A stretch of DNA of 64,000 nucleotides from Candidatus Heimdallarchaeota archaeon (GTDB lineage Archaea > Asgardarchaeota > Heimdallarchaeia > JABLTI01): positions 160,001 through 224,000 of the forward strand of contig JABCTZ010000036.1 in NCBI GenBank assembly GCA_018238155.1, given 5' to 3'. The notes under the pieces were generated by a model. That model searched no databases. It had not been told where the DNA came from and worked only from the letters and a program-made list of their open reading frames with translations. Position numbers and translations under genes: made by a program. Shown here in pieces: positions 30,718 to 40,400 of this stretch. The first letter of the stretch is position 1, and each line of letters begins with the position of its first letter.

Positions 30718-30915
30718 TGTTTCTCACTTTAACCTTAGAAGGTTTTCTTTTAAAAGGTCTAAATGAATCAGACGGAAGCATTTAAGCCCATTAGAAAATG
30801 GGCTATTAAACATGCTCCCTAACTAGCAAAGTTTCTGTGATTCTTCCATTACATTATCTTACATACAAGAACATATAAAAACATTTTCAAACCGCATATA
30901 ATTAGCGAAAAACAA

Positions 30916-31461
30916 TTACTCTTTCTTACAGATAATGCCAATATCTTCAACATCTGCAGTCCAGTGTTCAGTGATTTGTAAATTCATTTGCATAATGAGT
31001 TTTGAAAGTCTTTCTGGAGACCAAGTTTTTCGTAAAATAGAGATTACAATCAATGCATCTTTCACGGATATACGAATCATTTCACTGAGTGTTTGTTCAG
31101 GTTTTTGTAGATTTTGTAAGTGTGTTATTGAAAAGATCTGCGAAAAAGCGAAATCCTTAACTGGCAAAGCATCGGAATCTGCTACAACAAAATCAATGTT
31201 GGGATATTTTTCATGAGCAATTTTAATCATTTCAAGCGAAATATCTATGCCAACAAGTTTCATTCCAGTAATTTCTATTTCAGAGATGATATTAAGAAAA
31301 GTACCTGTTCCACAACCAATATCAAGGATTGCTTTGCTTTTCTGAATATTTACTCGAGAGAAAATTTCGCTATATTTTTTATCTTGGATATCTTTGTAGC
31401 GGTTATCGTAAATTTCTGCAGAAGAATCATATCTTTTAGCAATTTCTTTTTTGTTTGCCAA
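30916..31461 (-). CDS. Class I SAM-dependent methyltransferase
   Basis: ILDIGCGTG, GIDIS, ADSDALP. Confidence 0.85.
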   Translation of the reverse strand: MANKKEIAKRYDSSAEIYDNRYKDIQDKKYSEIFSRVNIQKSKAILDIGCGTGTFLNIISEIEITGMKLVGIDISLEMIKIAHEKYPNIDFVVADSDALPVKDFAFSQIFSITHLQNLQKPEQTLSEMIRISVKDALIVISILRKTWSPERLSKLIMQMNLQITEHWTADVEDIGIICKKE

Positions 31462-31557
31462 GTTTGTTCCCAGACCTTTAACAATAATCGTTTAATTTCT
31501 TTCTTAGAAGTTTTTGAAAAAAAGGGAAAGGAAATTAACAATCCATTTCTTCGTTTA

Positions 31558-32283
31558 CTATTTTTTATCTGTAAGGATGATCCGTGCATCAACAGTTAAA
31601 AGATGGTCATCATAAGCAAATATTGGATTGAGATCAATTTCTAATATATCATCTATAAAATCAACACTCAATTTAGAAATTTTAAGAAGAATATTTACTA
31701 TCTGGTTTAGTTCTACATTGGGTCCTCCACGAAAACCTTGTAACATTGGTAGAGCTTTAATTTCTTGAATCATTTGTTTAGCATCTTTTTCTGTTATAGG
31801 TGCAATTCTAAAAGAAACATCTTTTAGTAATTCAACAAATATTCCTCCCAAACCAAACATAATTGCGGGACCAAAAGTAGGATCTCGAGTTACTCCAACA
31901 ATGATTTCAGTTGAAGATTTTACCATCTTTTCTATTAATACTCCACGAATTTCAGCATTACTTTTGTATTGTTTTGCACTTGCAATTATTTCTTTAAACG
32001 CTTCCACAGTTTCTTCTTCAGATTGAATGTTTAGTTTTACTCCTCCTGCATCTGTTTTGTGAATAATTTGTGGAGAAAGAATTTTCATTACAATAGGAAA
32101 ACCAATTTTCTTTGCCACTTCTTTTGCTTCTGCAGCATTTGCTGCGACATGAAAATCGGTAGTAACTATTCCTAATTCTTTTATAAGAGCTTTAGATTCG
32201 GGTTCGAGTAAGAAAAGTCTATCTTCTTTTCTTGCAGTTGCAATAATTTCCTGTATTTTGTTTGACAAGATAACACAATCCAA
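31558..32283 (-). CDS. acdB: ADP-forming acyl/acetyl-CoA synthetase beta subunit (ATP-grasp)
   Basis: GFPIVMK, HKTDAGGV, DPTFGP, FGLGGIFVE, DLNP, VDAR. Confidence 0.88.
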   Translation of the reverse strand: MDCVILSNKIQEIIATARKEDRLFLLEPESKALIKELGIVTTDFHVAANAAEAKEVAKKIGFPIVMKILSPQIIHKTDAGGVKLNIQSEEETVEAFKEIIASAKQYKSNAEIRGVLIEKMVKSSTEIIVGVTRDPTFGPAIMFGLGGIFVELLKDVSFRIAPITEKDAKQMIQEIKALPMLQGFRGGPNVELNQIVNILLKISKLSVDFIDDILEIDLNPIFAYDDHLLTVDARIILTDKK

Positions 32284-32414
32284 TTATTTTATATTCATTC
32301 GAAGCACGTTCCTTTTTTAAAATTTGGTAAACCTCCTTTTTGTATTGAAATTCTACTAGAACAAAATAACCACAAAAATAAAAAACAATCAGAGTATATT
32401 CGAAACGTTTTATT

Positions 32415-34505
32415 GTGGAGTATCTGTCAATGAAAAATCAAATAAACGAGCATCCGATTCTCCAACCGAAAGATGAGAAGAAAGTCAAATTTACATTTGA
32501 TGGTCAAGAATTGGAAGGCTTTATTGGAATGGCTGTCTCATCAGCACTTTTTCTAAATGACATCAAAATTTTCGGTAGACATTATATTGATAATAGTCCT
32601 CAAGGGATTTTTTGTGCAAATGGACAATGTGCTCAATGTACACTAATTATTAATGGACTACCAAAGAAATCTTGTATGACACCCTTAGAAAACGGGATGA
32701 CAATCACAAGTTGTAAGGGTGTGCCAACATTACCAATAAGTGGTCATGCATTAGACGTTTCTGATATCAAACAACAAGAAATTGCAGTACTAATTATTGG
32801 AGGTGGACCCGCAGGGTTGTCTGCAGCAAAAATATTGGGTGAAAATAATGTTAAAGTTTTGCTCGTTGATGATAAGGATAGATTAGGTGGTAAACTAGTT
32901 CTACAAACACACAAATTTTTTGGCTCATCTGAAGATGTGTTTGCAGGAACGAGAGGAATTGAAATTGCAGATATTCTTAGTGGATCTATAAATTCTCTCG
33001 AGAGTGTTGAGGTATGGTTAGAAAGTACTGCATTGGCTGTGTACAGTGATAAATTAATTGGTATTTTACGAGGTACTAAGGAGTATATTCTGATTAAAAC
33101 TGATCATTTGTTAGTTGCAACGGGTGCTCGAGAGAAAATGCTCACTTTTCAAGGAAATACTCTTCCTGGAGTTTATGGTGCCGGTGCATTTCAAACTCTA
33201 GTCAATCGTGATTTAGTAAAAGCTTCAAATAGAATTTTCATTATTGGAGGAGGAAATGTAGGACTAATTGCCGGATATCATGCTATACAAGCTGGAATTG
33301 AAGTTGTCGGTCTAGTTGAGGCATTACCCCATTGTGGTGGATATAAAGTACATGAAGATAAACTTCATCGATCTGGCGTTCCAATTTACACATCACATAC
33401 GATACTCTCTGCAAACGGTGATGAAAAAGTTGAATCAGTAACAATTGCAGAGTTAGATAAAGAATGGCAACCAATAGCCGGGACAGAAAGAACTTTCAAA
33501 TGCGATACTATTCTTATTGCAGTTGGTTTAACACCCGTTGATGACTGCTTTCAGAAAGCAAAACATTATGGACTAGATGTTTGGAATGCAGGAGATGCAG
33601 CAGATATAGCCGAAGCATCTGCAGCAATATTTACCGGACGAATTGCCGGGGTAAAAATTCTTGAGTCAATGGGATTTGATACTGGTGAAAACATCACTGA
33701 ATTGGAGAAGAAAGCGGAAATAATGAAAAGCCGACCTCCTTTACCAAAAGATATTTCAGTACCTGAAGCTGAAGAAGGTATATTCCCTATTTTTCATTGC
33801 TATCAAGAAATTCCTTGTGATCCATGCACAACTGTTTGTCCACATAATCAAATCAGACAAAATAGTGGTTCTATTATTGCAATTCCATATTTCGTTGGGG
33901 ATCATAAATGTACAGGTTGTGGGAAATGCATTGCCGTTTGTCCCGGATTAGCTATTACGTTAGTAGACTATCGAAAAGATAAAGAAAAACCTTTAGTGAC
34001 TTTTCCTATAGAGCTTGGAAAAAAATCTGTTCAAAAAGGAGATAAAGTATTCGTTATGAGTAACACAGGTGAATTAGGTGGATATGAAGTACATCGAGTC
34101 AAGATTCTCAAAGATTATCCACGAACCGAATTGGTTTCCATTCGTTTACCGAAAGATGTAGCCAAATATGCAACTGGCATTCGAGTTCAAAGAGTAGAAG
34201 TTACTGAACCGATGGATATTTATCATAAACCTCCTTTAGCTGATGAAGCAATTGTTTGTCGATGTGAACGAGTATCTGCAGGAGAAGTTCGAAAGTGGAT
34301 CAAAAAAGGAGTAACTGATATAAACGAACTTAAAGCAATCACAAGAGCAGGTATGGGTGCTTGTGGAGGAAAAACATGTACTCTTCTAATCAATCGTTTA
34401 TTCAGAGAAGAGGGAATACAAGATATTACTCCTGGAACACCTCGTCCATTATATGTTGAAGTACCACTTGGAATATTTGCAAATTCAAAGGAGATGAAAA
34501 AATAA
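32415..34505 (+). CDS. Proline dehydrogenase/sarcosine oxidase alpha-like multidomain flavoprotein (2Fe-2S, FAD/NAD, 4Fe-4S, BFD-like)
   Basis: CANGQCAQC, GGGPAG, ATGARE, GGGNVG, CTGCGKCIAVCP, CRCE...GMGACGGKTC. Confidence 0.85.
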   Translation: MEYLSMKNQINEHPILQPKDEKKVKFTFDGQELEGFIGMAVSSALFLNDIKIFGRHYIDNSPQGIFCANGQCAQCTLIINGLPKKSCMTPLENGMTITSCKGVPTLPISGHALDVSDIKQQEIAVLIIGGGPAGLSAAKILGENNVKVLLVDDKDRLGGKLVLQTHKFFGSSEDVFAGTRGIEIADILSGSINSLESVEVWLESTALAVYSDKLIGILRGTKEYILIKTDHLLVATGAREKMLTFQGNTLPGVYGAGAFQTLVNRDLVKASNRIFIIGGGNVGLIAGYHAIQAGIEVVGLVEALPHCGGYKVHEDKLHRSGVPIYTSHTILSANGDEKVESVTIAELDKEWQPIAGTERTFKCDTILIAVGLTPVDDCFQKAKHYGLDVWNAGDAADIAEASAAIFTGRIAGVKILESMGFDTGENITELEKKAEIMKSRPPLPKDISVPEAEEGIFPIFHCYQEIPCDPCTTVCPHNQIRQNSGSIIAIPYFVGDHKCTGCGKCIAVCPGLAITLVDYRKDKEKPLVTFPIELGKKSVQKGDKVFVMSNTGELGGYEVHRVKILKDYPRTELVSIRLPKDVAKYATGIRVQRVEVTEPMDIYHKPPLADEAIVCRCERVSAGEVRKWIKKGVTDINELKAITRAGMGACGGKTCTLLINRLFREEGIQDITPGTPRPLYVEVPLGIFANSKEMKK

Positions 34506-35671
34506 TGGTACACTACGATGTAATCATTATTGGAGCAGGTAGTGCTGGTGTACCAGCAACAAGAGAAATTGCTAAAAGTGGTTTAAGTGTTCTATGCTTA
34601 GATAGTAAACCTTCACCAGGGCAAGGGGATAACAAACATGCTATTGGCGGTTTGAGAGCAACACATAGCCAAAAATCAAAGATCAAAGTTTGTTTAAGAT
34701 CATTGGAGATTCTTAGTACTTGGGAAGAAAAACATGGTGAAAATATCGATTGGGTGCAAGGGGGATATCTTTTTGTTGCTTATAGAGAGAAAGAGAAGAA
34801 GATCTTTCAAGAGACAGTTACATTTCAGAAAAAACAAGGATTAGATATAGCTTGGCTAGAAGCCGATGAAGTAAAAGCATTAGTTCCTGGAATTAATGGA
34901 AATGGCCTTTTAGGTGGAACGTTTTCACCACAAGATGGAAATGCAAGCTCACTACTAACAAATCACGTATTCTATACGAGCGCATTAGAACATGGAGCTG
35001 ATTTTAAGTTCAAAGAACCAGTTAAAGACTTAATAATCAGTCGGGGAGAGGTGCAAAGTGTAACAACTACAAAAGGAACATACAATGCAGATTTTGTTAT
35101 AAATGCCGCTGGAGCACATGCACAATATATTGCAAATATGGCTGGAATAATTGTTCCAGTAATCCCTGATATGCACGAAGCAGGGATAACAGAACCTGTG
35201 AAACGTTTCTTTAATCCTATGATTGTAGATATACGTCCAAAAACAAATGAAATTTTTGGCAATTCAAAGAACTACTATTTTTATCAGAACCATTTGGGGC
35301 AGATAATTTTCTGTATAACACCAGATCCACCAATGTATGGATTAAGTACAGAAGAGACAAGTATGTTTCTACCACAAGTTGCACAACGAATGGTTGATCT
35401 ACTTCCAAGTCTTGCAAATCTTAAGGTTCGAAGAACATGGAGAGGACGATATCCAAGCACTCCCGATGCAAGTCCTATTGTAGGACCTGTTACTGGATTA
35501 GATGGTTTCTTTAATTTAATTGGATTTGGAGGGCAAGGACTGATGCTAGGACCTGGGTTAGGAGAACTATCTTCAAGATTTGTTAACCAAAAGCTAACTA
35601 AAGAAGATAAAGAAGTTCTAGAAGAATTTTCACTTTATAGAGAATTTAACAAAGAAGAACTCTTGAAATAA
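34505..35671 (+). CDS. FAD-dependent oxidoreductase, DAO/sarcosine oxidase beta family
   Basis: IIGAGSAG, INAAGA, TPDASPIVG, GGQGLMLGP; start overlaps the upstream stop. Confidence 0.87.
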   Translation: MVHYDVIIIGAGSAGVPATREIAKSGLSVLCLDSKPSPGQGDNKHAIGGLRATHSQKSKIKVCLRSLEILSTWEEKHGENIDWVQGGYLFVAYREKEKKIFQETVTFQKKQGLDIAWLEADEVKALVPGINGNGLLGGTFSPQDGNASSLLTNHVFYTSALEHGADFKFKEPVKDLIISRGEVQSVTTTKGTYNADFVINAAGAHAQYIANMAGIIVPVIPDMHEAGITEPVKRFFNPMIVDIRPKTNEIFGNSKNYYFYQNHLGQIIFCITPDPPMYGLSTEETSMFLPQVAQRMVDLLPSLANLKVRRTWRGRYPSTPDASPIVGPVTGLDGFFNLIGFGGQGLMLGPGLGELSSRFVNQKLTKEDKEVLEEFSLYREFNKEELLK

Positions 35672-35698
35672 AACCATCTCAGTTAGACAACATTATGA

Positions 35699-35717
35699 AT
35701 GCTGCTTTTTGCAGCAT
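35699..35717. terminator. Hairpin between convergent genes
   Basis: ATGCTGC-TTTTT-GCAGCAT. Confidence 0.45.
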
Positions 35718-35787
35718 CTCTTATTTTAAACTATTTTTCAGAGCTTTTTTTTATTTAATAACGTAACCTGCAGAAAAATGATTCTTT

Positions 35788-38115
35788 CTATAATTTTGCC
35801 GGAAGAAAAATTTGTTTAGCTAATTTCTCAAGAGCAAATTTGAATGTTTGTTTTAATTTTTGACTGCTTTGTTTATTAACTAAAGCTTGAACTATTTTAT
35901 TTTGAGAAGGCATTTCTAGTTGATGTATGAAATTGGATAGCTTATTCATCGCCCCATAAGATGGTCCTTTAAATACGTAACAAAAACGAAGCTTTTCTTT
36001 AAATTGTAATACTAAGGTATAATCTTGATGTTTGATTCGCTCAATCGATCCTTCTGTTGCAAAAGCTTCTTGCATAAAAGAGTTTATAGCTGTTAGAAAT
36101 CCTCCCACAAGCAGATCATTAAATTGTGTTTCTTGACCAAAGTTTTGTGAGAATAAAGGTATACCTTCTTCAGCTACTATCAATATTAGAACTGGTTCTT
36201 CCTCTTTGAAACTAGGAGGTTCAACTGCCCGCTTTTTTATCATCCTGAGTATAGTTTCTTCTAAACTTGTATGCGAAAGCCTTTCACCAATTGTAGGTTT
36301 TTTATCTGTGAATTCTTCCCACATCGCCTTTTCTTCGAAGTAATAATCATATTCACTTGATATTTTCATAGCTAGACGTTTCAAACCCTTCTCTTCAGCT
36401 GTAAGCTGTGCTTGATTCATTAATTGTTGTGCATTTGCAATATCAAGTTCAACTAAAGCTAATTGTGCTTGCAAGAAAAAGGTTTCAACAAGAAGTGAAA
36501 ACAATTTTTGTTCTTTAGCAATTGTTAATTGTTTTTCCATTAATTTCTTTAAATCTTGCAGAGCTTCCTCATCCCCTGTCAATTGTAGCTCAATAAGATA
36601 TAGTTCTGAGAGATTAATTAAAACAACTAGAAAAATTTCATAATTTACTACTTCCTCATCTAGAACTTGTAAGAGTAACTCCTCTGCTTTAACTCTGTTT
36701 TTTGCCCGTTTATTAGTTTTTAGAAGTAGGGCTTCGCTCACACGAGTCAATTGGTTAATTAATTTGTCTTCCTCTTGTTCATTGATTTCTTGTAACTGAG
36801 TAAATGTTTTTTCGGCTCGTTCTATCTTATCAATATCAATTAGAAGTGATATTTGAATGAAGAAAACTTCAGCTATCCGACGAGTGTTCCCCGATTCTTT
36901 GAAAATTTCCAGTCCTTTATTGAAAAATTCCAGTGCTTTTTTAGCTTCTCCTTTTTGTTGGAAAACAAGTCCACTATTGACAAATGCTAGAGCCATTGGA
37001 ATACTTCTTCCACCGATTTGTTGGTATACATCTAAACTCTCCTGGTAATAGCTCAGAGCCTCATCTAATTCTCCTTTCAATCGTAAAATTTCGCCAATAT
37101 TTCCTAGGAAAATAACCATTCCATCTATATTTTCTATCTCTCTATTCATTTGCAAACTTTTTTGATAATATTCTAAAGCTAGGTTAAGTTCTCCCTTTGA
37201 ATGCTGTACAATTCCAATACTACCAAGGTTTTTTGCTAAAATCTTCTTGTCTTGTAGTTGTTCACAAATTTTCAAACTTTGATTAAAATAGTCCAATGCA
37301 TGGTCTAACTCTCCCTTCATCGCGTGATTTATTCCAATGCTCCCAAGGCTGTTCGCTATAATATGATAATCGTTTATTTGTTTGCATATAACTAAACACT
37401 GTTGAAAATAATTTAATGCTTGATCCAAATCACCTTTATCTGTGTAGATATTTCCAATATTCATAAGATTCTGTGCGAAATGTCGTTTGTTTCCAATTTT
37501 TTCCCAAAGGTTCAAACTCTTTTTGGAAAAATTGAGTGATAGATCCAGATCACCTTTTGTGCAATGAATCATAGCAATATTTGTGAATACTTCTGCTTTA
37601 CAGTAATTGTGGTCTATTTTTTCAAAAAGTTTCAAACTTCTCTCAGTAAAATTTAACGCTTGTGAAAGATTTCCTTTATTTTGAGCTAATTCTCCTTTGA
37701 AATTCAAAACCATTGCATCATGCTGTAAAGAAATAGCAGTATTTTTTTCTTCAAGATTAAGCTTCTTTTTCTGCTGTTCAATTTGATTAATTAATAAAGT
37801 ACAAACTTCATATTCCTTCAATTTTAAGCTATTTTTTATTTTAAGTAAAATGCTACGTATAATTAACAATCTATTTTCCAAAATAAGGCTTGCTTTCAAT
37901 GATTTTTCGGCAAACAAATTACTTTTTTCATAATCTCCTTGTTCAAAAAACAAGTTGCTTTTGAGGTGATTGCAAGCTATCTGCTGTTCGACAGAGATAT
38001 CTATTTCATCTTGTAATTTAGTTAAATTCAGAAAAGCCATTTCAATTTTTCCTTCAAATAAAAGTTGTTCTGCTTCTTGAAGAATTTTGAATTGACTTCT
38101 AAACATCCACTTCAC
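35788..38115 (-). CDS. TPR-repeat protein with C-terminal longin-like domain
   Basis: Repeats 'NIG...KGELD-x-AL-x-Y-x-x-x-SL'; C-terminal 'GIPLFSQNF...LVGGFLTAINSF...SIERIKH'. Confidence 0.82.
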   Translation of the reverse strand: MKWMFRSQFKILQEAEQLLFEGKIEMAFLNLTKLQDEIDISVEQQIACNHLKSNLFFEQGDYEKSNLFAEKSLKASLILENRLLIIRSILLKIKNSLKLKEYEVCTLLINQIEQQKKKLNLEEKNTAISLQHDAMVLNFKGELAQNKGNLSQALNFTERSLKLFEKIDHNYCKAEVFTNIAMIHCTKGDLDLSLNFSKKSLNLWEKIGNKRHFAQNLMNIGNIYTDKGDLDQALNYFQQCLVICKQINDYHIIANSLGSIGINHAMKGELDHALDYFNQSLKICEQLQDKKILAKNLGSIGIVQHSKGELNLALEYYQKSLQMNREIENIDGMVIFLGNIGEILRLKGELDEALSYYQESLDVYQQIGGRSIPMALAFVNSGLVFQQKGEAKKALEFFNKGLEIFKESGNTRRIAEVFFIQISLLIDIDKIERAEKTFTQLQEINEQEEDKLINQLTRVSEALLLKTNKRAKNRVKAEELLLQVLDEEVVNYEIFLVVLINLSELYLIELQLTGDEEALQDLKKLMEKQLTIAKEQKLFSLLVETFFLQAQLALVELDIANAQQLMNQAQLTAEEKGLKRLAMKISSEYDYYFEEKAMWEEFTDKKPTIGERLSHTSLEETILRMIKKRAVEPPSFKEEEPVLILIVAEEGIPLFSQNFGQETQFNDLLVGGFLTAINSFMQEAFATEGSIERIKHQDYTLVLQFKEKLRFCYVFKGPSYGAMNKLSNFIHQLEMPSQNKIVQALVNKQSSQKLKQTFKFALEKLAKQIFLPAKL

Positions 38116-38264
38116 CCTTTGACAACTGAAATATGAAATTAATCATATACCGAATTAGAAATTCGGAATCAACTTTAATTGTTATTTATTTTGTTACAAT
38201 ATTAAGATTTTCCTAATTTGTATTACAAAAGTCATTAAAAATAATACAAAGAGTAAGAAAATAC

Positions 38265-38756
38265 CTACTCTATAGTAAAACTAAGATTGCACAATTCTGC
38301 AGGTTTAAGATTAACCTTGGGTACTTTAGGTGTTGATCCCTTTAAATAGGAAATAGCTCCAATTAAGATACCGCCAACCGGACAAGCTGTTTCATTCTGA
38401 AGATCATAACCACCGACTCTTTTAGGACATATCAAACAATTTTGAATTGTAACATTGATTTCATTGCCTTTTTGCTTAATGGTTAAATCTTCAGCAATAT
38501 TTATTTCATTCATCAATTTGTCAACTAATTCTTCCTCTTCAACTGAGGGAGAAATCTTCTTTTGAGCGAGCATTTCTTTAACTATTTCTTGTCCAATCCA
38601 GACACCTAAAATATCCATTGCTCCTTGCGGACCAAAGTCTTTGGAGAGAAGAATATCTTTTGAACGAACTAATCCTACTCCCAAACCAATAATAGCTTTG
38701 TTAATATAATTTTTTTCAAGATTAATTTTTTTTCGAAATCTAAACATAATAATCAC
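38265..38756 (-). CDS. V4R/HNOX/Bet3-fold protein (MetOD1-like)
   Basis: 'LGVWIGQEI', 'NCLICP', 'CPVGGILIGAI', terminal C-x-x-x-F. Confidence 0.65.
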   Translation of the reverse strand: MIIMFRFRKKINLEKNYINKAIIGLGVGLVRSKDILLSKDFGPQGAMDILGVWIGQEIVKEMLAQKKISPSVEEEELVDKLMNEINIAEDLTIKQKGNEINVTIQNCLICPKRVGGYDLQNETACPVGGILIGAISYLKGSTPKVPKVNLKPAELCNLSFTIE

Positions 38757-38758
38757 TC

Positions 38759-39538
38759 TTATTCGTTGATCTTTATTATACCTTCATTGAGAAGTCTTTG
38801 ACAAACCTCTTCAATCATTGAAGCATTAATTCTAATGCCAAGAGCCTTTTCTAAAGGCAAGGTTTTCTTACGTAAATCTTCAAAAGTGACTGGTCCTTCT
38901 GAACATATTGCCTTTATAATGGTCTTATCTAAAACAAATGAACTCTTTTCTCTTTCAAGTGCCTCTTCAACTGAGAGAACACCAATAAGTCTTTTACCTG
39001 TTAATGTCGGACTCATATTATTCCATACCTTATTTTTTGATGAGTATTCTGAATCACGAAGCAAATCGAATTCAATTTTAATACCTTTTTTAAATTCAAT
39101 TGTAAATGAGCATTCTTGAGTTATAGTCATAGATTTGAATAGATGACTTGTAATTCGTTTCAAAACCGGATATGTCATCATATTATTCTTCTTGCAGGTT
39201 TTTGCTATTTGAAGTAGAATATTCTTGTATGGAATTGGATTGGAATTTTCTTCTAATAATAATCCAAATACAACATACGTATCGCGTTCATCCATGCTTT
39301 CTTTGAATGAAGGAACTTGATTTACAATGCAAGCTGCTTGATACTTTGGTATACTAACAGAAAGAAAATCACCATCTTTACCTCTTAATGGAATACTCTT
39401 GAATGCTAATTCTTGTAGAGTGCTTGGTGAAATGTTTAGATTTGGTTGTACTGTAAGAATTTCGGGTCCTTTTTTCGTTAATGCAGCAAGATAAACTGCC
39501 TTTGCCGGTTGAATTTCCTTTGCTAAAATATCATTCAA
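38759..39538 (-). CDS. uDENN/longin-like domain fused to C-terminal winged helix
   Basis: 'KKGPEIL...FKSIP...GDF...RD' shared with 8545..9036; 'GPVTFEDL...RLLNEGII'. Confidence 0.55.
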   Translation of the reverse strand: MNDILAKEIQPAKAVYLAALTKKGPEILTVQPNLNISPSTLQELAFKSIPLRGKDGDFLSVSIPKYQAACIVNQVPSFKESMDERDTYVVFGLLLEENSNPIPYKNILLQIAKTCKKNNMMTYPVLKRITSHLFKSMTITQECSFTIEFKKGIKIEFDLLRDSEYSSKNKVWNNMSPTLTGKRLIGVLSVEEALEREKSSFVLDKTIIKAICSEGPVTFEDLRKKTLPLEKALGIRINASMIEEVCQRLLNEGIIKINE

Positions 39539-39762
39539 TTAGCACCACTCTCCAATGATACTTGCTTGTAAAGATGAGATATTTTGAAGAAATATCCCCC
39601 AAAGAATATTTCGGTTTTGATAAATTTAAATCTTATCAAAGAAGCACTTTTTTTCAATTAATCTACTTGATTTTTCAACAAAAAACTCTTTAAATCAGAG
39701 ATTATTTCATTAATAGTTTATTATTTCGTTCTGTGTTGAACTAAATTAATTGGTGTTTCTTT

Positions 39763-40221
39763 ATGGCGAACAAGGAATTTACTGAAGATGATAAAATACA
39801 TAAAAAAATGGCTATTGATCTTTTTAATTATACTTGGGAATTATTAGATAAAGAGAAAAGAACCATTGCAGAAGATGATGAAATGATTCATGCTTCCCAC
39901 GCTTCAAGATTTCACTGGGGGAAAATCGGCACACCAACCCATTTCGAGCGTGGTGAGTGGCAAATATCAAGAGTATATTCAGTTCTATGTCATCCCCAAG
40001 CAGCTCTTTACCATGCCCAAAGATGTCTTGCTATTTGTGAAGAGAATGAAATAGCGGATTTTGATCTTGCATTTGCTTATGAAGCAGTTGCTCGTGCTTA
40101 TGCTGTTACTGACAACGATGATGAAAAGAAGAAGTTTTACAAGCTTGCTCAAATTGCCGGAGAACAAATCAAGGAAACTGCTGATAAAGATTATTTCTTA
40201 AGCGAGTTGAAGACAATTTAG
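39763..40221 (+). CDS. Conserved hypothetical helical-repeat protein
   Basis: 'MIHASHASRFHW...RGEWQISRVYS...FAYEAVARA' resembles a widespread uncharacterised family. Confidence 0.65.
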   Translation: MANKEFTEDDKIHKKMAIDLFNYTWELLDKEKRTIAEDDEMIHASHASRFHWGKIGTPTHFERGEWQISRVYSVLCHPQAALYHAQRCLAICEENEIADFDLAFAYEAVARAYAVTDNDDEKKKFYKLAQIAGEQIKETADKDYFLSELKTI

Positions 40222-40400
40222 TTTTCCTTTTATCCATGCAATTAAATATTGCAACACAAATTGTTTTTTCCAAATTGACTTTTTGATTTCTCTTCCAAAA
40301 ATTAATTGGAAGATTCCTCTACTTTTTTAACCCACAAAAATATATTCGATGAATATTTGATATATTACTACTATTAATCTGTTAGATTGGGTGTATCTTA

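Noticed and set aside
30774-30819. Hairpin as a SECIS element
   Set aside because: Lacks the AUGA/GA quartet, and no in-frame UGA selenoprotein candidate was seen nearby
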